Source: Methanocaldococcus jannaschii DSM 2661 (GTDB lineage: Archaea > AGJL01 > Methanococci > Methanococcales > Methanocaldococcaceae). From it: a stretch of 32,000 bases of DNA. Under the pieces are notes generated by a model. The model was not told the origin of the DNA and ran no database searches. It worked only from the letters and a program-made list of their open reading frames with translations. A program made the position numbers and the translations under genes. Below, piece by piece: positions 1 through 10,964 of the stretch. Position 1 is the first letter of the stretch; each line of letters opens with the position of its first letter. Location of the stretch: the NCBI RefSeq assembly GCF_000091665.1, contig NC_000909.1:1576838-1608837 (forward strand), in the 5' to 3' direction.

Positions 1-450
1 GTTGATATTGCCTTTGATGGAGCTGATGAAGTTGAGGAAACAACTCTCTTTTTAATAAAAGGAGGTGGAGGCTGCCATACTCAAGAAAAAATAGTTGATT
101 ACAACGCAAATGAATTTGTTGTTTTAGTTGATGAAAGTAAATTAGTTAAAAAATTAGGGGAAAAGTTCCCAATCCCTGTGGAAGTTATTCCTTCAGCTTA
201 TAGGGTTGTAATAAGAGCTTTATCAGAAATGGGAGGAGAGGCAGTAATTAGATTAGGAGACAGAAAAAGAGGACCTGTTATAACAGACAACGGAAATATG
301 ATTATTGATGTATTTATGAACATAGATGACGCTATAGAACTTGAGAAAGAAATTAATAACATTCCTGGAGTAGTTGAAAATGGTATCTTTACAAAGGTAG
401 ATAAGGTTTTAGTTGGAACTAAAAAAGGAGTAAAAACACTTAAAAAATAA
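1..450 (+). CDS. rpiA: ribose-5-phosphate isomerase A, C-terminal part (5' end lies outside the window)
   Basis: Frame 1 is open from nt 1 ([48 protein letters not shown]), which reads as RpiA-family motifs. The ORF-track start at 178 is only an internal GTG. Confidence 0.9.
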   Translation, partial: VDIAFDGADEVEETTLFLIKGGGGCHTQEKIVDYNANEFVVLVDESKLVKKLGEKFPIPVEVIPSAYRVVIRALSEMGGEAVIRLGDRKRGPVITDNGNMIIDVFMNIDDAIELEKEINNIPGVVENGIFTKVDKVLVGTKKGVKTLKK

Positions 451-461
451 AAAATTAGTTT

Positions 462-1880
<1,419 letters not shown>

Positions 1881-1893
1881 TTAGAAATATTAT

Positions 1894-3099
1894 TTATTGT
1901 TTAATCAATCTCCAGCAAATTTTTTTCTCCTCTTCAACTGCTGGTTGATTGTAGGCGTTTATATTGTAAAGCTCCCCCATAAAACCAACTTGCATCTCAT
2001 ACATGTATAGTAAAGCCCCCATAGCCATCTCATTTATTTCATCAAGGGTTATTCTTACATTTGGGACTCCATTATTTGTTAAAGCTATCTCTGTAGCTTT
2101 TTGTTGGCTCCTAATTATATCTGAATATCTGCAAGAAATTTTCTCATCATTTATGTCTTCAAATTCTATTTCTTCATCTAACCTATATTTTTTAGCAACC
2201 ATGAATGTTATAATCTTGTCTTTCTTCCCATCCATATACAACTGCAATAAAGAATGTTGGTCTTTGGCTCCAATTGATAATAAAGGAGTTATTCCATGCT
2301 TATTTTTTCCCAAACTTTCTCCAATAAGTTGTTTATACCAATCTCCAAAATATTTTAAGCTTTCAACATAACTCATAATAACTGAGATGTCCTTTCCTCT
2401 CTTATCATATAGGTAGTGTATAACCCCATTTAAAAGTGCAGGATTTTTTAAAATATCTTCATTTTGACAGATTTTGTCCATCTCTCTTGCTCCTTCTAAT
2501 ATTTTTGATATATCAACTCCTAAAGAATATAAAGGAGCTAAACCAACAGCAGTAAAGACTGAAAACCTTCCAGGGACATTTTCAGGAATTGAAAATATAT
2601 CATAGTTATTTTTCTCTGCCTCTCTCTTTAATTTCCCACCATTAGTAATAAAAACAAGTTTTCCTTTAAATGAATTTAATTTTTCAATTCTTTTTTTAAT
2701 TAGATAATAATTAACCAAAGTTTCCAATGTGTTGCCAGATTTACTAATAATATAAATTATAGATTCGTTTAAATCAACTTTTTTTAGTATTGAGAGGGTT
2801 TTTTCAGGGTCGCTGTTGTCTATAAAATAGGCATTATTGTTAAATGGTGAAATTGCATAATAAATAGCCATTGTTCCCAATATGGAGCCTCCCATTCCAA
2901 TAACTACAACATTTTCATATCCATTTAAAGATTTATATTTATCTAAGTTCTCATCATAAATAACATCTCTAAATCCTACAACTCCATTATCCAATTTCTC
3001 CATCAAGTTTGAATATGCATTTGCAAAATCTACTTTATTGATATCTTCAAGGCTTATTTCTCCAACTTTTAAAGCGTTTTCGTAATCATAACTTAGCAT
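1894..3099 (-). CDS. pgi: glucose-6-phosphate isomerase (SIS-domain PGI)
   Basis: Motifs IGMGGS, SKSGNTLET, GRFSVFTAVGL and GAKDQHS. Start set at ATG 3097-3099, preceded by a GGGGGG Shine-Dalgarno-like run. The longer ORF to 3174 would overlap the glgA 3' end. Confidence 0.85.
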   Translation of the reverse strand: MLSYDYENALKVGEISLEDINKVDFANAYSNLMEKLDNGVVGFRDVIYDENLDKYKSLNGYENVVVIGMGGSILGTMAIYYAISPFNNNAYFIDNSDPEKTLSILKKVDLNESIIYIISKSGNTLETLVNYYLIKKRIEKLNSFKGKLVFITNGGKLKREAEKNNYDIFSIPENVPGRFSVFTAVGLAPLYSLGVDISKILEGAREMDKICQNEDILKNPALLNGVIHYLYDKRGKDISVIMSYVESLKYFGDWYKQLIGESLGKNKHGITPLLSIGAKDQHSLLQLYMDGKKDKIITFMVAKKYRLDEEIEFEDINDEKISCRYSDIIRSQQKATEIALTNNGVPNVRITLDEINEMAMGALLYMYEMQVGFMGELYNINAYNQPAVEEEKKICWRLIKQ

Positions 3100-3136
3100 A
3101 TTTCCCCCCAAATCTTTTATTACATAAAGTGGAAAG

Positions 3137-4702
3137 TTATGGTTGTAGATAGTGATTATAAATTGCTCCTCCAAATAAGCCCTTATACTTTCTTATAGAT
3201 GGGGAGTTCTGCCAGCTTAAGTTTCTAAACACGTGATAGTAGCAGTTTTTCATCATCATAGATAATGGGGAGTTCTCATCATAAGGATGTTTAGGGCATT
3301 TATATCTTATATACTGCATAAACATACATATTTCATTAAGTTTATAGAATGTCCAATTTAATGCGTGCTCAACCCCCCACATAAACCCCACTTTATCTGG
3401 AACTTTAAATAAAACACCCGTTGCCTTATCAAAATTTGGATGTTCATAAGGATTTGGATGAAGAGGAATTATGGTATCTTTTAAACCTCCAGTTTCTGTA
3501 GCTATGACTGGAGTGCAGTATGCCATAGCTTCCATTTGCACTAAACCACACGGTTCCCAGTATGAAGGCATAATTATCCAATCACTCCCAGCAAATACTA
3601 AAGATGAGAGTGGGAGGGAATAGCCTATCAATGCCAAGATTCTTCCATCATGTTCATTTGCAAGATTTTTTAGTCTCTCTTCAATATCTCTATCCCCCTT
3701 TGTTAAAAATACAAATCTTATATCATGTTTTTCTAAAAGTTCTGGAATTGCTTCAAACATGGTGTTAAAACCTTTTTGATGTGTCGCCCTTCCAACAAAA
3801 CCAATTAATGGAGTTTCTATATCTCCATCTACCCCACCATGGACCTCAACATCAGTAGCTGATATTCCTTTATCAATCTTATTCCAATCTTCCACATATT
3901 CATAAACTCCTCCTCTATAAAACCATGAATATTTTATTTTTGGTTTTATATTATGGGAATCTTCAGCTGAATAGGGAGAGATATAAGCATAATTTCTTGG
4001 GTCAAGTTTGTTGTTTGAGAGGTTGCACATCCTTTCTATTATCTTCATGGGGTCGTATTCATCAATATCAATTCCATTTAAAATCCCACAGAATGGCTTA
4101 TTATTTAAGTATTTTTTTATATAAGGGTAGTTTTTTATTTCCTCAGCATGAGAAGGGCTTACTGTATTAACGGCATCTGCATACTTAATTCCTAACTCCA
4201 AAAATGTCATAACTTCCCCTTTATACTCAATCATCTCTCCTTTAAATGCCTCATTATGTATGGTTAAGGTTGTTGGTAAATCTAAAATATCGTTGCATTT
4301 GGCTATAGCTAAACCACACATCCAATCATGCCCAGACACTACATCAATATCTTTAACCTCATCTAAATATGTAATAACCAAATCAGCAAAAATTTCATAC
4401 TTAATAGGGTCCCAAACATTTAAGTTATTGACACTTTCATTACTAAATACAATTAAATCTACTCCTGTCGTTGGATGCTTTGTTCTTAAAACATCAAATG
4501 TAATTTTAGCTCCTTTATAGATAACAGTTATTTTTTTGATATCTTCATAGGGAAGAGTAAAATACCTATTATAATGGTTTAGAGTTAGAACAACTACTTC
4601 ATTACCTTTTTTTAAAAATTTTGGCAAGTCTCTCATTACATCCCCTAATCCTCCATAAGAGACAATAGGGGTTATTGTTGGAGCAAGGATGACTATTTTC
4701 AT
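3137..4702 (-). CDS. glgA: glycogen (starch) synthase, GT5-type, with long internal and C-terminal extensions
   Basis: N-terminal YGGLGDV motif. The C-terminal half has PSYWEPCGLVQMEAMAYCTPVIATETGGLKDTI (E-x7-E Rossmann signature). Confidence 0.85.
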   Translation of the reverse strand: MKIVILAPTITPIVSYGGLGDVMRDLPKFLKKGNEVVVLTLNHYNRYFTLPYEDIKKITVIYKGAKITFDVLRTKHPTTGVDLIVFSNESVNNLNVWDPIKYEIFADLVITYLDEVKDIDVVSGHDWMCGLAIAKCNDILDLPTTLTIHNEAFKGEMIEYKGEVMTFLELGIKYADAVNTVSPSHAEEIKNYPYIKKYLNNKPFCGILNGIDIDEYDPMKIIERMCNLSNNKLDPRNYAYISPYSAEDSHNIKPKIKYSWFYRGGVYEYVEDWNKIDKGISATDVEVHGGVDGDIETPLIGFVGRATHQKGFNTMFEAIPELLEKHDIRFVFLTKGDRDIEERLKNLANEHDGRILALIGYSLPLSSLVFAGSDWIIMPSYWEPCGLVQMEAMAYCTPVIATETGGLKDTIIPLHPNPYEHPNFDKATGVLFKVPDKVGFMWGVEHALNWTFYKLNEICMFMQYIRYKCPKHPYDENSPLSMMMKNCYYHVFRNLSWQNSPSIRKYKGLFGGAIYNHYLQP

Positions 4703-4869
4703 AATTACCCCTTTAAAGCAATTTCAATTTCAGATTTTAACAATAAATATTATATTATGATGTACATATATCACAATGTTTTTATATTATCTAATTTAAA
4801 GTATCTATTAGATAGTTTTTATACCTTTCTAAGATTTATACTATATTTAAAAATCTAAATGATGATATT
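4703..4869. promoter_or_regulatory. divergent promoter region between glgA (-) and the GT4 gene (+)
   Basis: 167-bp AT-rich spacer with TATA-like boxes facing both ways: TTTATACT at 4835-4842, about 28 nt before ATG 4870, and an AATATAATATTTATT block on the glgA side. AGGGGTAAT SD precedes the glgA ATG. Perfect palindrome TATCTA-T-TAGATA at 4802-4814. Confidence 0.4.
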
Positions 4870-6042
4870 ATGAAAATTGCTATGGTAACTTGGGAATATC
4901 CCCCAAGAATTGTTGGAGGGCTGGCAATTCATTGTAAGGGCTTAGCTGAGGGATTGGTTAGGAATGGGCATGAAGTAGATGTTATAACAGTTGGCTATGA
5001 CTTGCCTGAGTATGAGAACATAAATGGGGTGAATGTTTATAGAGTAAGACCAATATCTCATCCACATTTTTTAACTTGGGCTATGTTTATGGCTGAAGAG
5101 ATGGAAAAAAAGTTAGGAATTTTAGGAGTAGATAAATATGACGTTATTCATTGTCATGATTGGATGACGCACTTTGTTGGAGCTAATTTGAAACATATCT
5201 GCAGAATGCCGTATGTTCAATCAATACACAGCACTGAAATTGGAAGGTGTGGGGGGCTTTATTCAGATGACTCAAAAGCTATTCATGCAATGGAATACCT
5301 TTCAACTTACGAATCCTGTCAAGTAATAACCGTAAGTAAATCTTTAAAGGAAGAAGTTTGCTCTATATTTAATACTCCCGAAGATAAAGTTAAAGTTATC
5401 TACAATGGAATAAATCCATGGGAATTTGATATTAATTTAAGTTGGGAGGAGAAGATAAACTTTAGAAGGAGTATAGGAGTTCAAGATGATGAAAAAATGA
5501 TTTTATTTGTTGGAAGATTAACATATCAAAAGGGAATAGAGTATTTAATAAGAGCAATGCCAAAAATTCTTGAAAGACATAATGCAAAATTAGTTATTGC
5601 AGGTTCTGGAGATATGAGGGATTATTTGGAAGATTTGTGCTATCAGCTTGGTGTTAGGCATAAGGTAGTGTTTTTAGGATTTGTTAATGGAGATACGTTA
5701 AAAAAACTCTATAAATCTGCGGATGTTGTTGTAATTCCATCAGTTTATGAGCCATTTGGTATAGTTGCTTTAGAGGCAATGGCTGCTGGCACACCAGTAG
5801 TTGTTAGCTCAGTTGGGGGCTTAATGGAAATTATAAAGCATGAGGTCAATGGGATTTGGGTCTATCCAAAAAATCCCGATTCAATTGCCTGGGGTGTGGA
5901 TAGGGTTCTATCGGATTGGGGATTTAGAGAATATATAGTCAATAATGCCAAAAAGGATGTGTATGAAAAATATAGTTGGGATAATATAGCTAAAGAGACA
6001 GTAAATGTTTATAAAATAGCTATGGAGATGATGGGACGATAA
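4870..6042 (+). CDS. GT4-family glycosyltransferase (glycogen-synthase-like, retaining GT-B)
   Basis: N-terminal PPRIVGGLAIH. C-terminal PSVYEPFGIVALEAMAAGTPVVVSSVGGLMEII (E-x7-E). Confidence 0.85.
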   Translation: MKIAMVTWEYPPRIVGGLAIHCKGLAEGLVRNGHEVDVITVGYDLPEYENINGVNVYRVRPISHPHFLTWAMFMAEEMEKKLGILGVDKYDVIHCHDWMTHFVGANLKHICRMPYVQSIHSTEIGRCGGLYSDDSKAIHAMEYLSTYESCQVITVSKSLKEEVCSIFNTPEDKVKVIYNGINPWEFDINLSWEEKINFRRSIGVQDDEKMILFVGRLTYQKGIEYLIRAMPKILERHNAKLVIAGSGDMRDYLEDLCYQLGVRHKVVFLGFVNGDTLKKLYKSADVVVIPSVYEPFGIVALEAMAAGTPVVVSSVGGLMEIIKHEVNGIWVYPKNPDSIAWGVDRVLSDWGFREYIVNNAKKDVYEKYSWDNIAKETVNVYKIAMEMMGR

Positions 6043-6073
6043 TGTTTATTTTAAGACCTTTTGGGGGGATAAC

Positions 6074-6286
6074 ATGGAAGACATGTGGGGAAAAATAGGA
6101 GAAACTGCTGGAAAAATCTACCATTTATTAGAAGGAGGGGAAAAATCCCTCTCCCAGATAGAGAAAATCTTAAGAAAAGAGGGTTATAACTCAAATATTG
6201 TAAAGATGGCTATTGGATGGCTGGCAAGAGAAGATAAAATATTTGTGTTAAAAGATGATAAAAAGTGGGTAATTAAGCTGAAGTAA
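6074..6286 (+). CDS. small winged-helix protein (DUF2582-like wHTH)
   Basis: 70-aa ORF with a GGGGGGAT SD 4 nt upstream. The pattern GETAGKIYHLL..LSQIEK...AIGWLAREDKI resembles the small archaeal wHTH family; the assignment is from memory. Confidence 0.6.
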   Translation: MEDMWGKIGETAGKIYHLLEGGEKSLSQIEKILRKEGYNSNIVKMAIGWLAREDKIFVLKDDKKWVIKLK

Positions 6287-6324
6287 GTTAATAATATAAT
6301 TTTAAATATTTTTTTGGTGGAATT

Positions 6325-7449
6325 ATGAAATTCTTCAATAGAGAAAAGGAAATTAATAAAATCCTATCTATTATTGAAGGAGAACCAAATAATATTTATT
6401 TTATCTATGGTTCTTTAAACAGTGGAAAATCAACTCTAATGAGGGAAATAGTAGTTAATAGATTAGACATATCTAAGTATATTCCGTTTTTTATTGATTT
6501 TAGGACAAGGAATATTTTAAACGTTGATAATTTTATTGAATGTTTATTTGAAGTGGATGAAAAATCAGAAATAGACGATTTTAGGGAATATGCCAAATCA
6601 TTAGCTGATTTGTTGGTTAAAGGTAGTGAAGAGATTAGCAAATACTATTTGGGCATGCCCATTAAAATACCAAAACCATTTTTTGATAAGATTTTTAATA
6701 AAAAGGATAAATCAGCGGATGTTTATCAATATATAGAATATTTATTTGCAAAATTAAACGAAAAAGGTAAAAAACCAATTTTAATATTTGATGAGTTGCA
6801 AATGATTAAAGAGATAACTTTAAACGGAAATAGGAAGTTATTATGGAGTTTATTCCAATTCTTAGTTGCCTTAACTAAAGTCCAACATTTATGCCATGTT
6901 TTCTGCTTAAGTTCTGATAGTTTATTTATTGAATATGTTTATAAGACTGGAGAATTAGAGGGAAGAGCTGATTATATTTTAGTGGATGACTTTGACAAAC
7001 AAACGGCTTTAAAGTTTATAGATTTTTTAGCTAAAGAAATTTTAAATAAAAAACTCCCTAAGGATGAAAAAGAGTTGATATATAGTTATGTAGGGGGAAA
7101 ACCAGTTTTGATAATAAAAGTTATTGATAAGTTAAGATATGAAAATTTAAATGATATTTTGGACTTTATGCTTAAAGATGCCACTCAAAAGTTGAAGTAT
7201 TTCTTAAATGACTTGGATTATATAAAGCCAAAGGTTGAAGTTGGAGATGAAGTTATTGAACTTAAAAAAGAAGATATTGTTAAAGCATTAAAATTATTTA
7301 AGGATAGTTATGAAATTAGTGATAGTGAAGTAGCAAAGCCAATTTATGTGTATTTAGTTAAGAAAAATATATTATTTTTAAATCCTATTGAAGGAATTTT
7401 AAAACCGCAGAGCTTTTTAATCTGGAATGCTATAAAGAGATTATTGTAA
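6325..7449 (+). CDS. P-loop NTPase of the archaeal ATPase family (Arch_ATPase/ATPase_2-like)
   Basis: Walker [10 protein letters not shown], Walker [18 protein letters not shown] upstream, 374 aa. Confidence 0.75.
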   Translation: MKFFNREKEINKILSIIEGEPNNIYFIYGSLNSGKSTLMREIVVNRLDISKYIPFFIDFRTRNILNVDNFIECLFEVDEKSEIDDFREYAKSLADLLVKGSEEISKYYLGMPIKIPKPFFDKIFNKKDKSADVYQYIEYLFAKLNEKGKKPILIFDELQMIKEITLNGNRKLLWSLFQFLVALTKVQHLCHVFCLSSDSLFIEYVYKTGELEGRADYILVDDFDKQTALKFIDFLAKEILNKKLPKDEKELIYSYVGGKPVLIIKVIDKLRYENLNDILDFMLKDATQKLKYFLNDLDYIKPKVEVGDEVIELKKEDIVKALKLFKDSYEISDSEVAKPIYVYLVKKNILFLNPIEGILKPQSFLIWNAIKRLL

Positions 7450-7450
7450 A

Positions 7451-7630
7451 TAAAATTACACCTCCAAGCGTAAGCGAAGAGGTGTTAGTGGGTATCGCAG
7501 GACTTTCACAGAAATAAAATTCTATGACGAATAAAGATGCCTTTGGCATCAAAATTCCTTATATGTATAAGAGCTGTGAAAATCCTGTACCAATAGGGCG
7601 AAGCCCTATGGCTGTGAAGGCTATAAAAAG
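7451..7630 (+). repeat. GC-rich two-hairpin intergenic element (copy S) carrying a nested insertion
   Basis: Hairpin 1 is ACACCTC (7458-7464) / GAGGTGT (7479-7485) with apical AGC-GTAA-GCG. Hairpin 2 is ATAGGGC (7593-7599)-GAA-GCCCTAT (7603-7609). Tail CTGTGAAGGCTAT (7612-7624). It is collinear with the reverse complement of 29332-29440 once 7496-7588 is removed. Confidence 0.6.
7496..7588. repeat. nested 93-nt palindromic (MITE-like) insertion inside copy S
   Basis: Inverted ends CAGGACTTTCACAG (7498-7511) and CTGTGAAAATCCTG (7574-7587) pair at 13 of 14 positions. Central hairpin GATGCC-TTT-GGCATC (7536-7550). Removing 7496-7588 restores GGGTATACCAATAGGGCG exactly as in copy R. Confidence 0.5.
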
Positions 7631-7691
7631 AATATTGTAGGTTTTTCGCAAAAGGCAATAGAATATTAAAAAAATATATCGTGTGATTTAT

Positions 7692-9530
7692 ATGGGTGGA
7701 ATCGTTGGAAACAATAGTTTATTAGCCAAAATTGGAGATTATGGGGAAATTGAATACCTTTTTTATCCCCAAGTTGGTTATGAAACTCATTTCTTTGACT
7801 CTGCATTGGCAGTTTATGATAAAAAAGTAAAGTGGCATTGGGATGATGATTGGGATATAACCCAAAAATACATTGAGGAAACGAACATATTTAAAACTAT
7901 CTTAGAAGATGATAAGATTATATTAACCATTAAAGATTTTGTGCCAGTATCTCACAACGTGCTTATAAGAAGAGTGTATATAAAAAATAAACTCGATAAA
8001 AAATTAAATTTTAAGCTCTTTTTTTACGAAAATTTGAGAATTGGTGAAAACCCAATAACAAATACAGTTAAATTCTTAGAAGATGGTTGTATCGTTAAAT
8101 ATAATGGAAAATATATTTTTTGCATTGGAAGTGATAAAAGAATAGATTCATTTCAGTGTGGAAATAGATACAGTAAAACAAGTGCTTACATAGACATAGA
8201 AAATGGGATATTGAAGGAGCATAAAGAGAGTTCTGGATTATTAACCGATAGTGCAATATCATGGAATATAAAGATTGATGAAAAAAGAAGTTTGGCATTC
8301 AACATCTACATACTTCCACAAAGATTCGATGGAGATTTTTCAATAATAACTGAACAACTAAAGATTATAATGAATAACAGTGAAAACATTAAAAATCTCT
8401 CAATGAATTATTGGAAACATATTATAGGGGAGATAAATAGATTTATACATCCTGAGCTTAGGCAAAATAATAAGATTTATTCTATAACTAAAAGGGCTTT
8501 AATGACACTTTTAATGTTATGTGATAAGGAAGGAGGGATTATAGCGGCTCCATCTCTACATCCAGATTATAGATACGTGTGGGGAAGAGATGGAAGTTAT
8601 ATCTCAATTGCTTTGGACTTATTTGGCATAAGGAACATTCCAGACAGATTTTTTGAATTCATGTCTAAGATACAAAATGCAGACGGTTCATGGCTACAAA
8701 ATTATTATGTTAATGGAAAACCACGATTAACTGCAATACAGACTGACCAAATTGGTTCCATATTATGGGCAATGGATGTGCATTACAGATTAACTGGGGA
8801 TAGAAAGTTCGTTGAGAGATACTGGAACACTATAGAGAAAGCTGCTAATTATTTAAGGTTGGTAGCTTTAAACTTTACTCCATGCTTCGATTTGTGGGAA
8901 GAGAGGTTTGGAGTATTTGCTTATACAATGGGAGCTACTTACGCTGGATTGAAATGTGCATACAGCATGAGTAAGGCAGTGAATAAAAGGGATAAAGTTA
9001 AGGATTGGGGAAAAACCATAGAATTTTTAAAACATGAGGTTCCAAAGAGATTTTATTTGGAAGATGAGGAAAGATTTGCTAAATCAATAAATCCTTTAGA
9101 CAAGACGATAGACACAAGCATATTGGGTTTAAGTTACCCTTTCAATTTGATTGATGTTGATGATGAGAGAATGATAAAAACAGCCGAAGCAATTGAAAAA
9201 GCTTTCAAATATAAGGTTGGAGGGATTGGGAGATATCCAGAAGACATTTACTTTGGAGGCAATCCATGGATTATAACCACATTATGGCTTTCTTTGTATT
9301 ATAGAAGGTTATACAAGGTTTTAAAAGAAAAAGATGATAATGGGGCAGATATTTATCTACAAAAATCTAAGAAGTTGTTTAATTGGGTGATGAAATACAG
9401 CTTTGATGGGCTGTTTCCAGAGCAAATTCATAAAGAATTAGGTGTGCCAATGTCCGCTATGCCTTTAGGCTGGAGCAATGCAATGTTCCTCATTTATGTG
9501 TATGAGAATGATAAGGTCATAATACCATAA
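7692..9530 (+). CDS. glucoamylase (GH15 family)
   Basis: GH15 catalytic-domain motifs YRYVWGRDGSY, DLWEERFG and GNPWIITTLW. ATG 7692 is preferred over GTG 7683 because GTGAT sits just upstream as an SD. Confidence 0.85.
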   Translation: MGGIVGNNSLLAKIGDYGEIEYLFYPQVGYETHFFDSALAVYDKKVKWHWDDDWDITQKYIEETNIFKTILEDDKIILTIKDFVPVSHNVLIRRVYIKNKLDKKLNFKLFFYENLRIGENPITNTVKFLEDGCIVKYNGKYIFCIGSDKRIDSFQCGNRYSKTSAYIDIENGILKEHKESSGLLTDSAISWNIKIDEKRSLAFNIYILPQRFDGDFSIITEQLKIIMNNSENIKNLSMNYWKHIIGEINRFIHPELRQNNKIYSITKRALMTLLMLCDKEGGIIAAPSLHPDYRYVWGRDGSYISIALDLFGIRNIPDRFFEFMSKIQNADGSWLQNYYVNGKPRLTAIQTDQIGSILWAMDVHYRLTGDRKFVERYWNTIEKAANYLRLVALNFTPCFDLWEERFGVFAYTMGATYAGLKCAYSMSKAVNKRDKVKDWGKTIEFLKHEVPKRFYLEDEERFAKSINPLDKTIDTSILGLSYPFNLIDVDDERMIKTAEAIEKAFKYKVGGIGRYPEDIYFGGNPWIITTLWLSLYYRRLYKVLKEKDDNGADIYLQKSKKLFNWVMKYSFDGLFPEQIHKELGVPMSAMPLGWSNAMFLIYVYENDKVIIP

Positions 9531-9551
9531 ATAAATTTTTGAGATGAGAGT

Positions 9552-10955
9552 ATGTTAATAACGTTTAATTTTGAGGTGCATCAACCACATAGGCTAAATA
9601 AGGAGATAAACCAAAACGGAAATACTTTATGGGAAAAGTATGTAGATACAAAATTAAATAAAGAAGTTTTTAATAAAGTGGCTAATAAATGCTACATTCC
9701 TACAAATGAGTTGATATTGGAGCTTATTGATGAATATGATTTTAAAGTTAATTATTCAATTACTGGGGTTTTTGTAGAGCAAGCTTTGGAATTTAATGAT
9801 TACGTGTTGGATTTATTTAAGGATTTGGTAAAAACTGGCAATGTTGAGTTGATAGCTGAAACATATCATCACTCACTAACAAGTCTATTTGAAACTGAAG
9901 ATGAGTTTATTGAAGATATTGAGATGCATAGAAAGATGTACAAAGAAATATTTGGTTTTAAAGCCAAGGTGTTTAGAAATACTGAGCTAATATACAACAA
10001 CAGAATTGCAAAGATAGCAAAAGATTTAGGGTTTAAAGCGATATTTACTGAGGGAATTGAGAAAATCTTAGGCTGGAGGTCTCCAAACTATCTTTACCAA
10101 TCACCAGATGGTATGAAAATTCTGTTAAGGAATTATAGGTTGAGTGATGACATTGGCTTTAGATTTTCAGCAAGAGATTGGGACCAATATCCATTAACAG
10201 CTGATAAATATGCTATTTGGTTAGCTTCAACTCCTGGGGAAGTTATAAACATATATATGGACTATGAGACATTTGGAGAACATCACTGGAAAGAAACTGG
10301 AATATTTGAGTTTTTGAGATATTTGCCTATAGAGATAGCTAAGCATGAACATTTAGAGGTTGTTAATGTCAGTGAGGTTGTTGATAGATTAGAGCCAAGA
10401 GGAGAGATTTACGTGCATGAATTTGCCACGATATCATGGGCTGACACTGAGAGGGATGTAAGTGCATGGTTAGGGAATAAGATGCAAAGAATATCGTTTG
10501 AAAAACTAAAAGATATTGGTAAATTTATAAAAGAGAACTCAAACAAATTAAAAAAACTTAATAAATTTGATGAAATATATAAGATGTATAAGGTCTTACA
10601 GACAAGCGATAATCTTTATTATCAATCCATTAAGGGGCTTAGTGATATGAGTGTTCATAACTATTTCAGCCATTTTGACACTCCATTTGATGCCTATGCA
10701 AGTTATTTAAACATTTTATATGATTTTGAATATTATATAAAAGAATTGTTAGCTAAATCGGAATTTGATAAAAATAATAGACGGAAAGATGGACAAAAGC
10801 AATATGAAAAGGATGATGAAGTAAAAAAGGAAAGTTTAATAAATACAAATATTATAGTTGCAAAAGATGATAAAACAGAAAGTATTTATATTGAGGATGA
10901 AGAGGGTAAAAAGAATAAAAGATATGAAAGAGATGAAGGATTTATAATTGCATGA
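9552..10955 (+). CDS. GH57-family alpha-amylase with a Lys/Glu-rich C-terminal tail
   Basis: GH57 conserved regions FEVHQP, FRNTELIYN (nucleophile Glu region) and MDYETFGEHHW (acid/base Asp region). Last ~60 aa are low-complexity and charged. Confidence 0.85.
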   Translation: MLITFNFEVHQPHRLNKEINQNGNTLWEKYVDTKLNKEVFNKVANKCYIPTNELILELIDEYDFKVNYSITGVFVEQALEFNDYVLDLFKDLVKTGNVELIAETYHHSLTSLFETEDEFIEDIEMHRKMYKEIFGFKAKVFRNTELIYNNRIAKIAKDLGFKAIFTEGIEKILGWRSPNYLYQSPDGMKILLRNYRLSDDIGFRFSARDWDQYPLTADKYAIWLASTPGEVINIYMDYETFGEHHWKETGIFEFLRYLPIEIAKHEHLEVVNVSEVVDRLEPRGEIYVHEFATISWADTERDVSAWLGNKMQRISFEKLKDIGKFIKENSNKLKKLNKFDEIYKMYKVLQTSDNLYYQSIKGLSDMSVHNYFSHFDTPFDAYASYLNILYDFEYYIKELLAKSEFDKNNRRKDGQKQYEKDDEVKKESLINTNIIVAKDDKTESIYIEDEEGKKNKRYERDEGFIIA

Positions 10956-10964
10956 GGGAGAAAG

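Noticed and set aside
3100-3174. 25-codon N-terminal extension of the pgi ORF (MEEQFIITIYNHNFPLYVIKDLGGN).
   Set aside because: It overlaps the glgA 3' coding end in another frame and has no SD. The internal ATG at 3099 has a GGGGGG SD and gives a normal PGI N-terminus.
2003-4520. Antisense ORFs 2003-2371, 3925-4170 and 4260-4520 opposite pgi/glgA.
   Set aside because: Their S/L/I/F-rich composition is typical of the reverse strand of AT-rich genes. They have no SD and lie fully inside well-supported genes.
4859-4865. ATGATGA immediately upstream of the GT4 start codon, considered as a C box.
   Set aside because: There is no CUGA at the required spacing and no terminal stem. It overlaps the translation initiation region.
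7521-7580. C/D-like strings in copy S (AUGACGA, CUGUGA).
   Set aside because: The spacing and D/D' boxes do not fit: there is no CUGA at 12-nt spacing and no terminal stem around them.
7491-7591. Considered the 93-nt insertion as a bulge-helix-bulge intron of an RNA gene.
   Set aside because: GGUA/UACC plus a 3-nt bulge (UCG) followed by the long stem gives only one bulge. The second 3-nt bulge, which should lie 4 bp away, is absent: the stem is continuous with one mismatch.
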